Source: Pelomyxa schiedti (taxonomy: Eukaryota; Protista; Evosea). Taken from it: a stretch of 64,000 nt of DNA. The notes under the pieces are model-generated. The model was not told the DNA's origin. It worked only from the letters and a program-made list of their open reading frames with translations, and searched no databases. Shown piece after piece: positions 36,001-47,134 of the stretch. A program made the position numbers and the translations under genes. Positions within the stretch are counted from its first letter, which is position 1, and the number at the start of each line of letters is the position of its first letter. The stretch covers positions 14,026 through 78,025 of the forward strand of contig JAHLWZ010000199.1 in the NCBI GenBank assembly GCA_020536535.1, given 5' to 3'.

Positions 36001-37572
36001 GTGGAGTTCAGGGAAATCTTCAGTTCCGCGGTCTCCTTTTCATATTGCTGGTGCTGCTGATCCCTAACAGCCTGTGCAGATGAGGTTAATTCATTGCATC
36101 AGGAGAGTTGATGCATATGTGCCACATACTTGGGCCACAGATAGTCTGGCTTTGAGTTCTTCGAAATCCCGAGTTAATTTCTGGTGGCACAGAATAAATT
36201 AATGCCAAGATTTGGGGAACTTACCTTGATGATCTCACTTTCGTCATGTCCACAAGACAGAGTCTATAACAGGAATTAGAGTCAAAAAAAAAAAAAAAAA
36301 AAAAAAAAAAGCATGTGATTTGCCGTATTTTTCATTGCTTCATCACCCAACAAATCCTCTTCAGTGTCATTGTACTCAGGAAAGAAAGCATTTGCGCCTA
36401 TGATATGTCCTAGTTTGGACAAGCACCCAACGATTCTAGGAATGTTTTTGCTTAAAACAAGTTCGTGTGGTAAAAAGAGGTCTGAAGGCAGTAGACCTTG
36501 GGTCGTCGTCAGGTGAAATTTATGTATCAAGTCTTTACAAACCGACTTCCTTGCATGCATCAAGAAAAGCTTGGGAATTGGCAAGCGAATTTATGGTTCT
36601 TTCTGTTTCATCCTCCACTGGTTTAATTTCCAAGACAGAATTTTCTTTGATTTTGTTGGCAAGTTTACACAGTATACTCTGTTTAAATTAAAAAGTTGGC
36701 AAAACACATTAACCAGGGGAGATAAGGGGAAAAAAAAAAAAAACGGTAGAGTGAGGAAGAGAAAGAAAGCCTGGAAGGAAACACACTCCATCACTCAAGT
36801 CTCTTTCAAGCGTTTTCACAGAAACAGGTATCCCAGTCTGGACCCCTATCCACCTCGCAACGCCTTTCTTTACCAAAGCAACGCCACGTGCTTCCCCCTC
36901 AATCTCAATCTCCCCTCCAGGGGTCCCTCCGTCGCCAAGAGGTGAGCCTAGCACCATAGACTTGCCTGCCACCCGCGGTCTCGAATGAGATCCATCCCCA
37001 CCCTTTGCCAAAGTCAAATCCGAAGCCGGCGTCGAGCTGGGGGTCGCAGCCGAAGCTGAAGCTGAAGCCGATCCATCGTGAGAAGCACGAAGGGAATCCG
37101 CAGAAAAAGAGAAAGCCGGCGAGGCAAACGAAGATGATGGGTGCTGCTCCCGCTGCTGCCTATGCGGAGACACCGCCGCGTTGGCTTTTCCGGGTGCTTG
37201 TGCTTTGCCGTCGTCGTCGCCGTTGCCCTGGTGGCCGTGGTCCTCGGGCTCGGGCTCGACGGACAGGACGTAGCCCTCGTCGTCGCCAAACGAGATCGCC
37301 TCGCCATCGTCGCCTGCCCCGTCGCCGGCGTCGTCGTCGCTGCTGCTGCTGCCGAGGGTCGACTGCGCGCCGAGGGACGACGCCACGAGCGTCGCCGTCT
37401 GCGGCTTCAGCTCGGCCCGCGACACCCTCGGCCGCAGGGGAGTGGTTGCCGTCGCCGTCGCGGTAGTCGTGGCGGTCGCGGTCGTTGCCGAGAACGTAGA
37501 GGTGGTGACGGTGCTGCGGGATTCGTGGGTCGTCGCGCTTGCCGCGTTCGCCGATGCATTGCCGCTCTGCAT
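33046..37572 (-). CDS. Calponin-homology domain protein with long coiled-coil rod, multi-exon
   Basis: VARWIGVQTG..LERDLSDGVILCKLANKI..NSQAFLDACKEVG..PSDLFLPHELVLSKNIPRIVGCL (calponin-type CH). The 537-aa ORF at 34329-35942 is E/K/Q/L heptad-rich. Confidence 0.75.
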
Positions 37573-38857
37573 TTTCGCCGACGCGCGTGGTGTGTCGTAG
37601 AAAACTTGGAAAAACATGGGGGGGGTTTGATCACAGAGGGACCCGTTCTCAAAAAATCGGTTTCCACCCAGCCACCACTCCATGTGGTGTAGAGCCACAA
37701 ACTTGAAAAGGCGGAGCTTTTCTTCTTCTTTTCTTTTTCTGTGTTTTTTTTTCACAACTTCTGTGCTGGAGACTGAGTGACACAGCGTGTCGGTTCGTTT
37801 TTGCTCGCAGTCGTGGGTGTTACTTGTGGGTTGTGCGTGTGAGATTTACGTCGCCCGCGTGTGTCGATGTTGTTGGTGGCTCTTGGAAGATAACTCCGTC
37901 TTTTGGTGTGGAAGCAGCGTAGGTTCTTGACCTTTGAAATATCGCCTTTGAAGTTCAAGTTACATGGCCTCTTTTTTGGAAACAATACTTGGTGGGTGTC
38001 TATACGTGGTCTGTTTCATCTATCATGTTGTTCCTTTGTTGCGTTGTACTAACTAGTGTCCCGGAATACTTGCTATCTTATTCACTGCACACCAACACCA
38101 GGTGTTACAGTGGGGATGCCAATTATCAGTTGAGGTGTAGTTCTCGTCAAACAGTGGATTATTTTGGATGCATCCCTCAAAACGCATTAAACAGAACCTT
38201 TTGTTGAGCCTGGCACGCTGCTATGCCCGAAATCAACCTGAGTGATACCATGTTCACCTTCTCACAAAGGAATTGTAAAGGACATAACTCTGGCATACCA
38301 ATTATCAGGCCATATCTCTCTTACAAACAGCTGAGCTTAATAAGCTAATTTGTATTTCCACTGTTTACATTGTTGTGGAATGATTTCTCTAAAAGCAAGC
38401 ACCTCTGACAGATATTATAATGGCTGTGTAGATACTAACAAGCTCATCAAGTAAAACTGGAGGGTGAGAGTGCCGTAACTAACAATACAACAGCTTTTTG
38501 AAGATCCAAACCTTCCATAGCTACCGCCTTAACAAGGCAGCAATGACCATCAAAGCCCGAGGACCTGCAATGTCGTTGTGTCAAGAAGGATAGATAGAAG
38601 CCCCAAGTCCAACCAGACATCGAATCTGTGGAATCCAAAAGTGCGTAAGAAAGTGTGATATAATGTCGCGTATCTAATCACTGGCATCACAGTTATCATA
38701 TTATTCCAGTTAGAAGAAGATCTCCAAATCCAGGTTCCTGGTTCTTCAGCTCTATCTGATCATCATGGGAACGCCAACACCCCTCAGCCACAGGCATTCT
38801 TAGCATGGAGTCCATGGCATAAAATCCAGCTCATACCCATAGTCCCAGTCTCCCGTG

Positions 38858-39823
38858 TTGGTGGGCTTGATAGTAAGTACTTCCATGGACAAACTGTGTA
38901 TTGCTTTAGACACGGTCAGTTTGTATGACTGGAAGACAGCAAGCAGTACCCCGTGCAAAGAATTTCCTGGGCACAATGGATATGTCTCTCTGCCAGTGCG
39001 ATTTATGAAAACCACAGAGAGACTTTTAAGCAGCTCCGGAGAGACATAAGTTGCATTTTGTGGGATGTGGAAACGGGAACCGGAATCACTAAATAAATAC
39101 ACAGGTGCAAATGTAAGAACAGAACCCGAAAAATGACTGTGTGGCCAGTCTAAAAACACACACCATTCCACACACAGGGTGACGTGATGACGGTGGCCGT
39201 TAGCCCCAGCAACCAAAATGAATTCGTGAGTGGAGCATGTGATACCAGAACGCGAATTTATGACATACGGGACCCAAATCCGGTCATCACGTGGTCCGAC
39301 GCAGATTGTGACATCAATTCCGTGTGCGTTTCCGGGAATGGAACATTATACGCATCCGCTGGAGGTTGTTTGTGTGGCTGAATTCCTCCCCTCCTCCTCT
39401 CCCCCTCTCCCCCTCTCCCCCTCTACCCCTCTGCACGTTCGTAACCATCGTCGTCGTCGCCGTCAACTAACTCTCCATCCACACACACACACACACACAA
39501 TCACACACACACACACAAAATGCACAGATGAATCGATTTGCCGTGTGTATGACCGGCGTTCGACACGCGCCGCGGCGGCTTTCAAACACGAATCTGTGTT
39601 GTGCGGAACCACCAGCGTTGCGTTCTCAGCGAGCGGGCACAGTCTGTTTTCAACCTGTGACTCCGGGGAGCTGATAGGGTGGTCAGTCCTGACCGGCAGA
39701 TTGGCATGGCGAGATACAAGTGCCACCAACAGGCTTACATGTGTGTCTCTGAGTCCCTCTGGTGACACACTCTTCACATCCTCCTGGGACAATTTGGTCA
39801 GGGTCTACACATCCAATCCTTGA
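38858..39823 (+). pseudogene. 5'-truncated, frameshifted copy of the Gbeta-like WD40 exons (no F-box, no first blade)
   Basis: Begins abruptly at GGTGGGCTTGATAGTAAG. Has indels relative to copy A (GTCTCTCTGCCAGTG vs GTGTCTGCAGTG; GGAGAGACATAAG vs GGAGACCTAAG) and an internally deleted intron. The 3' exons remain open. Confidence 0.75.
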
Positions 39824-40419
39824 CCACCAGCCCAAGAAGAGTCGTCTGTCTTGTCTTGTAAAATCTGATTTTTTGAAAAAAAGAAAAAAAAACATTGATT
39901 TTTATTTTCAAATGGGTGAGTGAGTGTGCCAGTGTCAACTTTGCTGGCAACTGCCAAGAAAGAGAAGCATGTCGTCTGCCTGCCCACAGTGTTCAATACT
40001 CGACAAATCGAGTGGATGGATGGCAGGGAAAAAAAAGAATATTTCAACTGATGTTCACCCCCTTCAAGTTCTTTTGGGAGATCCTTACCACTCTTCCAGA
40101 CCAAGGCTCTCGCCCGAGCCGACGTTGACCTACTCCGGGTGGGCCTTCTGACCTCCTAGGCATCGGACAACGTCAGGGACTAGAGCGCATCGAATCCCAT
40201 TCGCCTATTCCATCACGCACAAGGTATCCTTTGGTTATTCTTTCCCCTGTGTGGGTGGTTTTCGGTTCAAGGAGAGCTACTTTCGCCCCCTGCTCGCTTG
40301 AGATTAATTTAATCAATGAAATGTGATTACGCCTTGGAAATGAGTGTTTTTGCGTAATTTTCGTGGTGCCGTTCTCCGATGTTTTCGACCGAAATTTCGC
40401 TCCGTGCAGACTTATGGGT

Positions 40420-40900
40420 CGAGGTTTTGTTCTTGAAAAGAAAGAGAAACACCTGACGATGGAGGTATCAGCGCACCAACGTTGTATCAACTTCAGTCTG
40501 AAGAGTGGTCTGTTGTCCTCCACGTTCCTCACGTCGATGTGCTGGATGGTGTCCGAGTGGTTGTTGCTGTTGTCCAATCTTGCCCTCAAAATGGTCTCAC
40601 CTCCCAGTCCCGAATATTATTTGATGCTCTGTCGGTGAGATAGTCGGCTTCATCTTACAGGAAACGAGGAGCGCGTTCTGCTCCCTATTGCTCAGAGCGA
40701 CCAAAGGAATTATGTGTCCTTCCAACAGGCCCAGCTCTTCTTGTTTAACTTTCAATAGGGAGGACAAGGAGGAGGCATTCCGATTTGTGGTGGTGTGGGG
40801 GGAAGCAGGGCAGTCTCAATGTAAAATTCTGGTTCACCCCCACAGTAATAACAGAGCCTGTGGCTGTTTATCCCACAGTGAAATACTCGAGGGGGAGGCT
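40420..40900 (-). pseudogene. Third, deleted and degenerate fragment of the 817-aa gene family
   Basis: Pieces DTIQHIDVRNVEDNRPLFRLKLIQRW and PPRVFHCGINSHRLCYYCGGEPEFYIETALLPPTPPQIG are separated by deletions. Confidence 0.7.
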
Positions 40901-41380
40901 TGTTCACTCCAGCAAGACCCTCTACCAACCAGGATAAGAAAATGGGAAAAAAAATGTTGCTGGGGTTCACTCCCTTCAAATTCTTTTGGGAGATCCTTAC
41001 CACTCTTGCTCACCAAGGCTTTTCAGACGAGCTGACATTGACCTACTCCGGGTGGACCCTATGGCCTCCTAGGCATCAGTCAAGGTCAGGGACTAGAGCG
41101 CATCGAATCCCATTCGCCTATTCCATCACGCACAAGGTGTCCTTTGGTTATTCTTTCCCTTGTGTGGGTGGTTTTCGGTTCAAGGAGAGCTACTTTCGCC
41201 CCCTGCTCGCTTGAGATTTAATCAATTGAATGTGATCATGTCTTGGAAAGGAGTGTTTTGTACGTGTTTTGCTTGTTTTCTCCGGGTTTTTTGGAAGGGA
41301 AATTCTGGGCTGCCAAGACTTATGGGTCCAGGTTTTTGAAAGAAAGAATTTCCAAAGTACTTTTTGTTTGGCTTATGGGG

Positions 41381-43834
41381 TTATGGGGTGTTGTTGCTGT
41401 GAGGGGAACTGAACGAAAAACACTGGAAGAAGCCGGTGTCGGCGTACCAACGTTGTATCAGGGTCACCCTGAAGAGTGATCTGTTGTCCTCCACGTTCCT
41501 CACGTCGATGTGCTGGATGGTGTCCGAGTCTTTGTTTTTGTTTTTGTCGGCACTCACTGTGTGGTCCCCCACCACCTTCTTCTTCTTTTCCGACAGGGCC
41601 AACATGAGGCCAGTGTTTGTCTCCCATTGCACCGACATGAACCCTGTGGTGTCGACAGTCATCAGCACGTCCTCTGGTGTGTTCGCGTCTCGTAACTCAT
41701 ATCTTCCGTCATATGTGACACAGAACTTGGTTCCGTTCCCAATTGGGAACAAGTTCCTGACCTCAGACGCGGCACTTTGGACGAGGTGAGGTGCTGATGG
41801 ATTCTTCCTCTTGATGACGTGTACTCTCCCCATCGATGATTTGGCAACCACGACTGCGTCGTCGCCCAGGTTGCAGTTGCAGTCATCATCAGAGGAACCA
41901 GACCTGATCACAAACGCCTTCGAAATAGTCTCACCTTCCCGGACTTGCATCCCAGTCACCGACCACCTCTCGATCTCGTGGAATCGCTTGCTCTCCACAG
42001 ACTTCTTGATGTTCCAGAATATTATGTGATACTCAGCCTGCGTGCCATCGGCGTTCGCCTTACGGGAAACGAGGAGCGCCAGGTGGGGCTCCCTCTTGCT
42101 CAGAGCAACCAAGGAAATCACGTGCCCTTCCGACAGGCCCAGTTCTTCTTGTTGAATTTTCAACAGGGAGGACAAGAAAGAGGCACTTCCAATTTGTGGT
42201 GTTGGAAGCAGAGCAGGCGCAACGTAAAATTCTGGTCCAGTTCCATAGTGATAAAGGACCCAGTGGCTGTTTGTCTTGCAGTGAAATACTCGAGGGGGAG
42301 GGGTGGGGATCACCAGCAAGACCCTCGAGTCACCCGGTCTTTGCACGTTGCGAAGCTTGAAAATGGAAGGGGTTCCCGGGCCATTCTTCTGGTGAACGAC
42401 GTAGTGATCCTCTCCAGCGAAGGTGACCAACCAGGGCTCTTCAGGAGAACGCCACACGGGATTGACTTCCAATTCCGAGGATATGACACCCGCATCCTGC
42501 CAGAGTCCGAGCTTCAGTGCTCGATCTTCAGGAGTTCCTTGACCGGTGCTGGTGCGGAGCACGATGACCAGCCTCTTCTCGGTTGCCCTTGCCCAAATGA
42601 AGACGGAATATAACAACGAGGGCGTCAGAAATCGCAGGGCAGATGCACTTCCGCACCTGGGAAGAGTTCCCACAAGGAGGTTCAGCATCTGCTCTCTCAA
42701 GTAAATTCCCTCAATGTGCGTTTCCACGGAGCTTGTCACTTGGAAGTTTCCAGAAGGAACCTTGGTGGTGGTGGCGGTTGTTGTGACGTGCCCCACCAGC
42801 GTTGCCACTCCTGTGGAAGCGGAAGTCATTCTTGTCTCTGCACCATTATTATCGGCTGAGGCTGCTGTTTTGGTGTCAGGAATCCCGGATTTATGTTCGG
42901 CGTTGTTGGTGAGGCTTTCTTGAGTTCCAACTGGATCCTCTGACTGTGTTGAAGAAGAGGAGGTGACGCTCGGCACATTTGTTTCCGTTACCGTTTCAGC
43001 GACTCGTGCACCTTCAGCAAGAGCAACAGCAGGTGTGATTGTGCTGATGGTTGGAGTGAGACCGTCAACAACAGCAACAAGTGGTTTGCGTGGCTCTGCC
43101 TCTGCAGATACTTTCCCCTTTTTGGGTTTTGGGGGATTTGGCTGCTTCACGGTGGGCTTGCGCTGGCTCTTTGTCACTGCACTTGGGGTGGAAGAGGTGA
43201 TGACTGTGGATGAGGAGGACGAGGAAGAGGAAGAAGAAGAGGAAGAGGAGCGGGTTTTGGTGGATAGTTGTTGTCTCGGCGACGATGAGGACGAGGACGA
43301 GCGGGGGGGAGCAGACGGGGAAGGAGACCCCAAAGAAGCGCTTGCTGTGGATGTGGTTGTGGATGTGGCACAAGAGGATGAGGATGATGCTGACGAAGCA
43401 GCAGCAGCGGGGGTGTTGTTGGCTGGGTCAGGAGTTGATGATGATGATGACGATGAACCCGACGCGGCGGAGGTGGTCGTTGTCGTTGAGGCGGCGGTGA
43501 TGGCTGATGCTGATGATGATGATGATGATTGGTGCGCGCGGGTGCCCCTCCTTGGCCTCTTTGGCTGGGTGGCGAGGGGAGCACCGCGGGCGTCTCGGCC
43601 GAACGGTGCGGCCCTGAGCAGAGCCTGGATGTCTGGCGGGAGACCCGACAACTCGCGCTCCATGTCGGTTTCGCACGACGGAGCTTGGTGCGTGGAGGAG
43701 GTGGAGAGGGAGCTGCTCGTTTTGTTCCCCTGCATGTCGACGATAACGAGCGAGGTAAGTTTACCGCACCTGCTTCTTTCTTCCTTTTTCTTCTCCCTCC
43801 TTTGGTTTTTGTTGCCTTTTTCTAATACTCGCAA
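41381..43834 (-). CDS. Intronless ~790-817-aa hypothetical protein: S/T-rich N-terminus, HPRCG-type module, beta-rich C-terminal region; true ATG probably MQGNK or MERE
   Basis: Uninterrupted ORF that reads through the position of the TAG in its paralogue at 5115-7478. Confidence 0.75.
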   Translation of the reverse strand: MRVLEKGNKNQRREKKKEERSRCGKLTSLVIVDMQGNKTSSSLSTSSTHQAPSCETDMERELSGLPPDIQALLRAAPFGRDARGAPLATQPKRPRRGTRAHQSSSSSSASAITAASTTTTTSAASGSSSSSSSTPDPANNTPAAAASSASSSSSCATSTTTSTASASLGSPSPSAPPRSSSSSSSPRQQLSTKTRSSSSSSSSSSSSSSTVITSSTPSAVTKSQRKPTVKQPNPPKPKKGKVSAEAEPRKPLVAVVDGLTPTISTITPAVALAEGARVAETVTETNVPSVTSSSSTQSEDPVGTQESLTNNAEHKSGIPDTKTAASADNNGAETRMTSASTGVATLVGHVTTTATTTKVPSGNFQVTSSVETHIEGIYLREQMLNLLVGTLPRCGSASALRFLTPSLLYSVFIWARATEKRLVIVLRTSTGQGTPEDRALKLGLWQDAGVISSELEVNPVWRSPEEPWLVTFAGEDHYVVHQKNGPGTPSIFKLRNVQRPGDSRVLLVIPTPPPRVFHCKTNSHWVLYHYGTGPEFYVAPALLPTPQIGSASFLSSLLKIQQEELGLSEGHVISLVALSKREPHLALLVSRKANADGTQAEYHIIFWNIKKSVESKRFHEIERWSVTGMQVREGETISKAFVIRSGSSDDDCNCNLGDDAVVVAKSSMGRVHVIKRKNPSAPHLVQSAASEVRNLFPIGNGTKFCVTYDGRYELRDANTPEDVLMTVDTTGFMSVQWETNTGLMLALSEKKKKVVGDHTVSADKNKNKDSDTIQHIDVRNVEDNRSLFRVTLIQRWYADTGFFQCFSFSSPHSNNTP

Positions 43835-44002
43835 CTACGGACAATTGAATCTGAGTGTGTACATCTGAGAGAAAAGACACCGTTCGGGGCGAAGTGGAAC
43901 ACTGAAACAGCGGTGGAATTACAATACAACAAACACACCCCCGACTTCTTGCGAGCCCAAAAAAGTGTGAGTCCATCAATTTTTTCTTTCCTGGAAAAAA
44001 GC

Positions 44003-44503
44003 ATGGCAGCAGAACCAACTCTGTGTTCCAGAGACACCAAGATGTTCAGGCTCCGTAGTATAATGGTTAGTATGGGAGATTTTGGCTCTCTTGATCTCAG
44101 TTCGATTCTGAGCGGGGCCATTATTTTTTTCCCCCTGTTGCCTTGTGAGACGACGGCTCCTTCACCTTTATTTGCAACGCCAAAGAAAAAACAACAGGTT
44201 GCTCTTGCAGGCAATGTACTTACAGAAATATTGCTCCATCTTGATAGCTTCAAGAACTTTTGCCTTAGAGTTCTGAATGACAATGCAGGCGTGTATGAAC
44301 TTCTTGATGGCTTACATAAAGCCAGCATGAGAACAGGAAGCAAACATGGAAAAGATGGCAGAGGACGTTCCTACAATGGAAGCAATCTAAAAGCTGTTTG
44401 CCCCACTATTTACCAACGTTTGCGGTGTTTTAACTCTGATGACTGCGGCATTTGCGATGTGCTGTTGTACTACTGCCTTCTTCAACTGGAACTTGTTCTC
44501 TGA
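44003..44503 (+). CDS. Small hypothetical protein, divergent from the 817-aa gene, possibly one intron
   Basis: ATG at 44003, open frame to 44503; the 5' part is conserved in the duplicate at 4682-4942. Confidence 0.4.
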   Translation: MAAEPTLCSRDTKMFRLRSIMVSMGDFGSLDLSSILSGAIIFFPLLPCETTAPSPLFATPKKKQQVALAGNVLTEILLHLDSFKNFCLRVLNDNAGVYELLDGLHKASMRTGSKHGKDGRGRSYNGSNLKAVCPTIYQRLRCFNSDDCGICDVLLYYCLLQLELVL

Positions 44504-44625
44504 TGAGTAAACAAATGCCGCGACAGTCGTTAGGAGAAAAGATGAGTTGTTCTGTTAAATACATGTGACACCCAAACAGCTTACACGGCTGATTGTGTGT
44601 TGATGGGAAAGGAGTTGTGGGATAC

Positions 44626-46777
44626 TCAGTCGACTTCCTCGATCTTGGGACCACCAGTCTTGGTTGCTCCACTGGATGACGACGAAGGTGTTGTTCTGGG
44701 TGATGGGGTGGGTCCTGCTCCTCCAAAGTTGGGCATCTCTCCTCCTGGGAACCCTCCTGGCATTCCACCGGGCATTCCTCCTGGCATCCCTCCGGGCATT
44801 CCGCCGGCTCCACTTGACTGGTACAGCTTGACCATGATAGGTTGCACAACGTCCTCCAGCTGCTTCATGCGGGAGTCATACTCTTCCTTGGTGGCCTGCT
44901 GATTGCTGTCTAGCCATTCAATAGCTTCTTTGCAAGCTTCCTCGAGCTGCAGAAAACGTCGTTAGGGTTATTCCAAGTGAAACGAGTAATAACAAGACAT
45001 ACTTTAGCTTTATCGTCTTCAGGTATCTTGGTGGCAATCTTTTCGTCCTTGATAGAGTTCTTCACTGAGTAGGCGTAGCTCTCCAAGTGATGCTTAGCAT
45101 CAATGCGGCCTTTCTGTTCCTCGTCATCGGCCTTGTATTTCTCGGCATCGTGGAGCATGGAGTCGATTTGCTCTTTTGACAGTCGGCCTTTATCATTTGT
45201 GATAGTGATGTTGTTCTTCCGTCCAGTGGTTTTGTCTTCAGCTGTTACATTGAGAATTCCATTCGCGTCCACATCGAAGGTTACTTCAATCTGTGGCACT
45301 CCCCTTGGTGCCGGTGGAATTCCAGAGAGCTCGAACTTGCCCAGAAGGTTGCAATGCCTTGTCATTGCACGCTCACCTTCATAAACTTGGATCAGCACAC
45401 CAGGTTGGTTATCAGAATAGGTAGAGAAGATCTGGGACTTCTTGGTTGGTACAGTTGTATTCCTTGGGATGAGCGATGTCATAACACCACCAGCAGTCTC
45501 TATGCCCAGCGTAAGGGGTGTCACGTCGAGCAACAGAAGATCCTGCACTTTTGCACCGCCCGCGCCTGTGAGTATGGCAGCTTGGACTGCAGCACCATAT
45601 GCAACGGCTTCGTCTGGGTTGACTGATTTGTTGAGCTCTTTGCCGTTGAAGAAGTCTTGTAGCAATTGTTGCACTTTCGGAATGCGAGTTGATCCTCCCA
45701 CCAAAACAACATCATGGATTGAGCTCTTGTCAAGGCGTGTGTCGCGAAGTACTTTCTCAACTGGATCCAGAGTTGATCGGAACAAGTCGATGTTCAACTC
45801 CTCGAATTTAGCCCTTGTGATCGTCGTGTAATAGTCAACTCCCTCAAATAGCTGGTCAACCTCTATGGACGCCTGGGCTTGCGAAGAAAGGGTTCTCTTA
45901 GCACGCTCGCAGGCAGTTCGCAGCCTCCTCAGAGCTCGAGCATTGCCACTCATGTCCTTGTTGTACCTCCTCTTGAAGTCCTTGGCAAAGAAGTCGACCA
46001 TCCTGTTATCAAAGTCCTCGCCACCGAGATGGGTGTCACCTGATGTTGCCTTGACTTCAAAGACTCCCTCCTCAATGGCCAGCAGAGACACATCAAACGT
46101 GCCGCCGCCCAAGTCGAAGATGAGGATGTTCCTCTCACCACCCTTTTTGTCCAGCCCATACGCAATAGCAGCAGCCGTGGGTTCGTTGATGATCCTGAGA
46201 ACGTTGAGCCCAGCAATAGTGCCGGCGTCTTTAGTGGCCTGCCGCTGAGAGTCGTTGAAATATGCAGGGCATCTGTAAAATTGTTATTAGTCAAATCTGT
46301 CTCTCACAACTGCAACAAAAAAGAGACTTACGTTATAACAGCGTCCTTGACTGGCTTGCCCAAGTAGGATTCAGCAATCTCCTTCATCTTTGTGAGCACC
46401 ATTGACGAGATTTCCTCAGGGGTGAAAGTCTTCGAGTCGCCGCGATACGCCACCTGGATCATGGGCTTGTCGCCCTTGTTGAGCACCTTGAACGGCCAGT
46501 GCTTCATGTCAGACTGCACAGAGGGGTCGCTGAAACGGCGCCCGATGAGCCGCTTGGCGTCAAACACGGTGTTCTCCACGTTCATCGCGATCTGGTTCTT
46601 CGCCGCGTCGCCAATGAGCCTCTCTTGGTCGGTGAATGCGACGTACGACGGCGTGACGCGGTTGCCTTGGTCATTCGCAATGATCTCAACTCGGTCGTTC
46701 TGCCACACGCCGACACAGGAATAAGTGGTGCCAAGATCGATGCCAACTGCCGGTGCTTTGCCTGTTGTTGTTGCCAT
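44626..46777 (-). CDS. HSP70: Cytosolic heat shock protein 70, three exons (46777-46332, 46272-45003, 44946-44626)
   Basis: [56 protein letters not shown] repeats and C-terminal EEVD*; GT-AG introns keep the frame. Confidence 0.98.
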
Positions 46778-47134
46778 TTTTTGTTGTTATTGCGGTCTTG
46801 TCTCTTTGGTTTGTGCTTTTTGATGCTTTGTATTTAATTGGGGAATCTGGTGGACCTACGAACTTGGCTTAAATGTGCTGGCACAGTTATTTGGGAAGAT
46901 TCTCACGAAGTTCTTGAAGAGATGCAAAGGAGATTTCCTTAGTTTTCCTTTGGTCTTTCCACAAGAAATAGAAAATTGTTGGGCCCATTTCGAGGGTTGG
47001 AAGTGAAGAGCAGCCTACGGTTCCCCACATGTGTTTGTTTTGCGGAAAAAACGGATGGACAGAAGACATGTTTCTTTACACAATCAATATGTGTACAGTT
47101 GGTAATACAACAAGGGTTTTGTGGTGTGTGTTAA

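Larger units (their letters stand above)
38858..44123. repeat. Inverted segmental duplication, copy B (partner about 4822-9520), with extra internal tandem fragments
   Basis: Reverse-complement similarity to copy A across the Gbeta-like exons, the 817-aa gene and the small divergent ORF. Confidence 0.9.

Noticed and set aside
37750-38850. About 1 kb with splice-like signals and short peptide-like frames
   Set aside because: I could not build a stop-free gene model or recognise a domain; left unannotated.
39481-39516. (CA)n microsatellite, and homopolymer runs such as the A-tract near 36284-36310
   Set aside because: Ordinary intronic simple repeats.
4822-44123. Inverted repeats as the ends of a giant transposon (Polinton-like or similar)
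   Set aside because: The repeats are diverged host genes, the interior holds housekeeping genes (UTP6, dynamin, SAP30BP), and I saw no integrase, polymerase or capsid.
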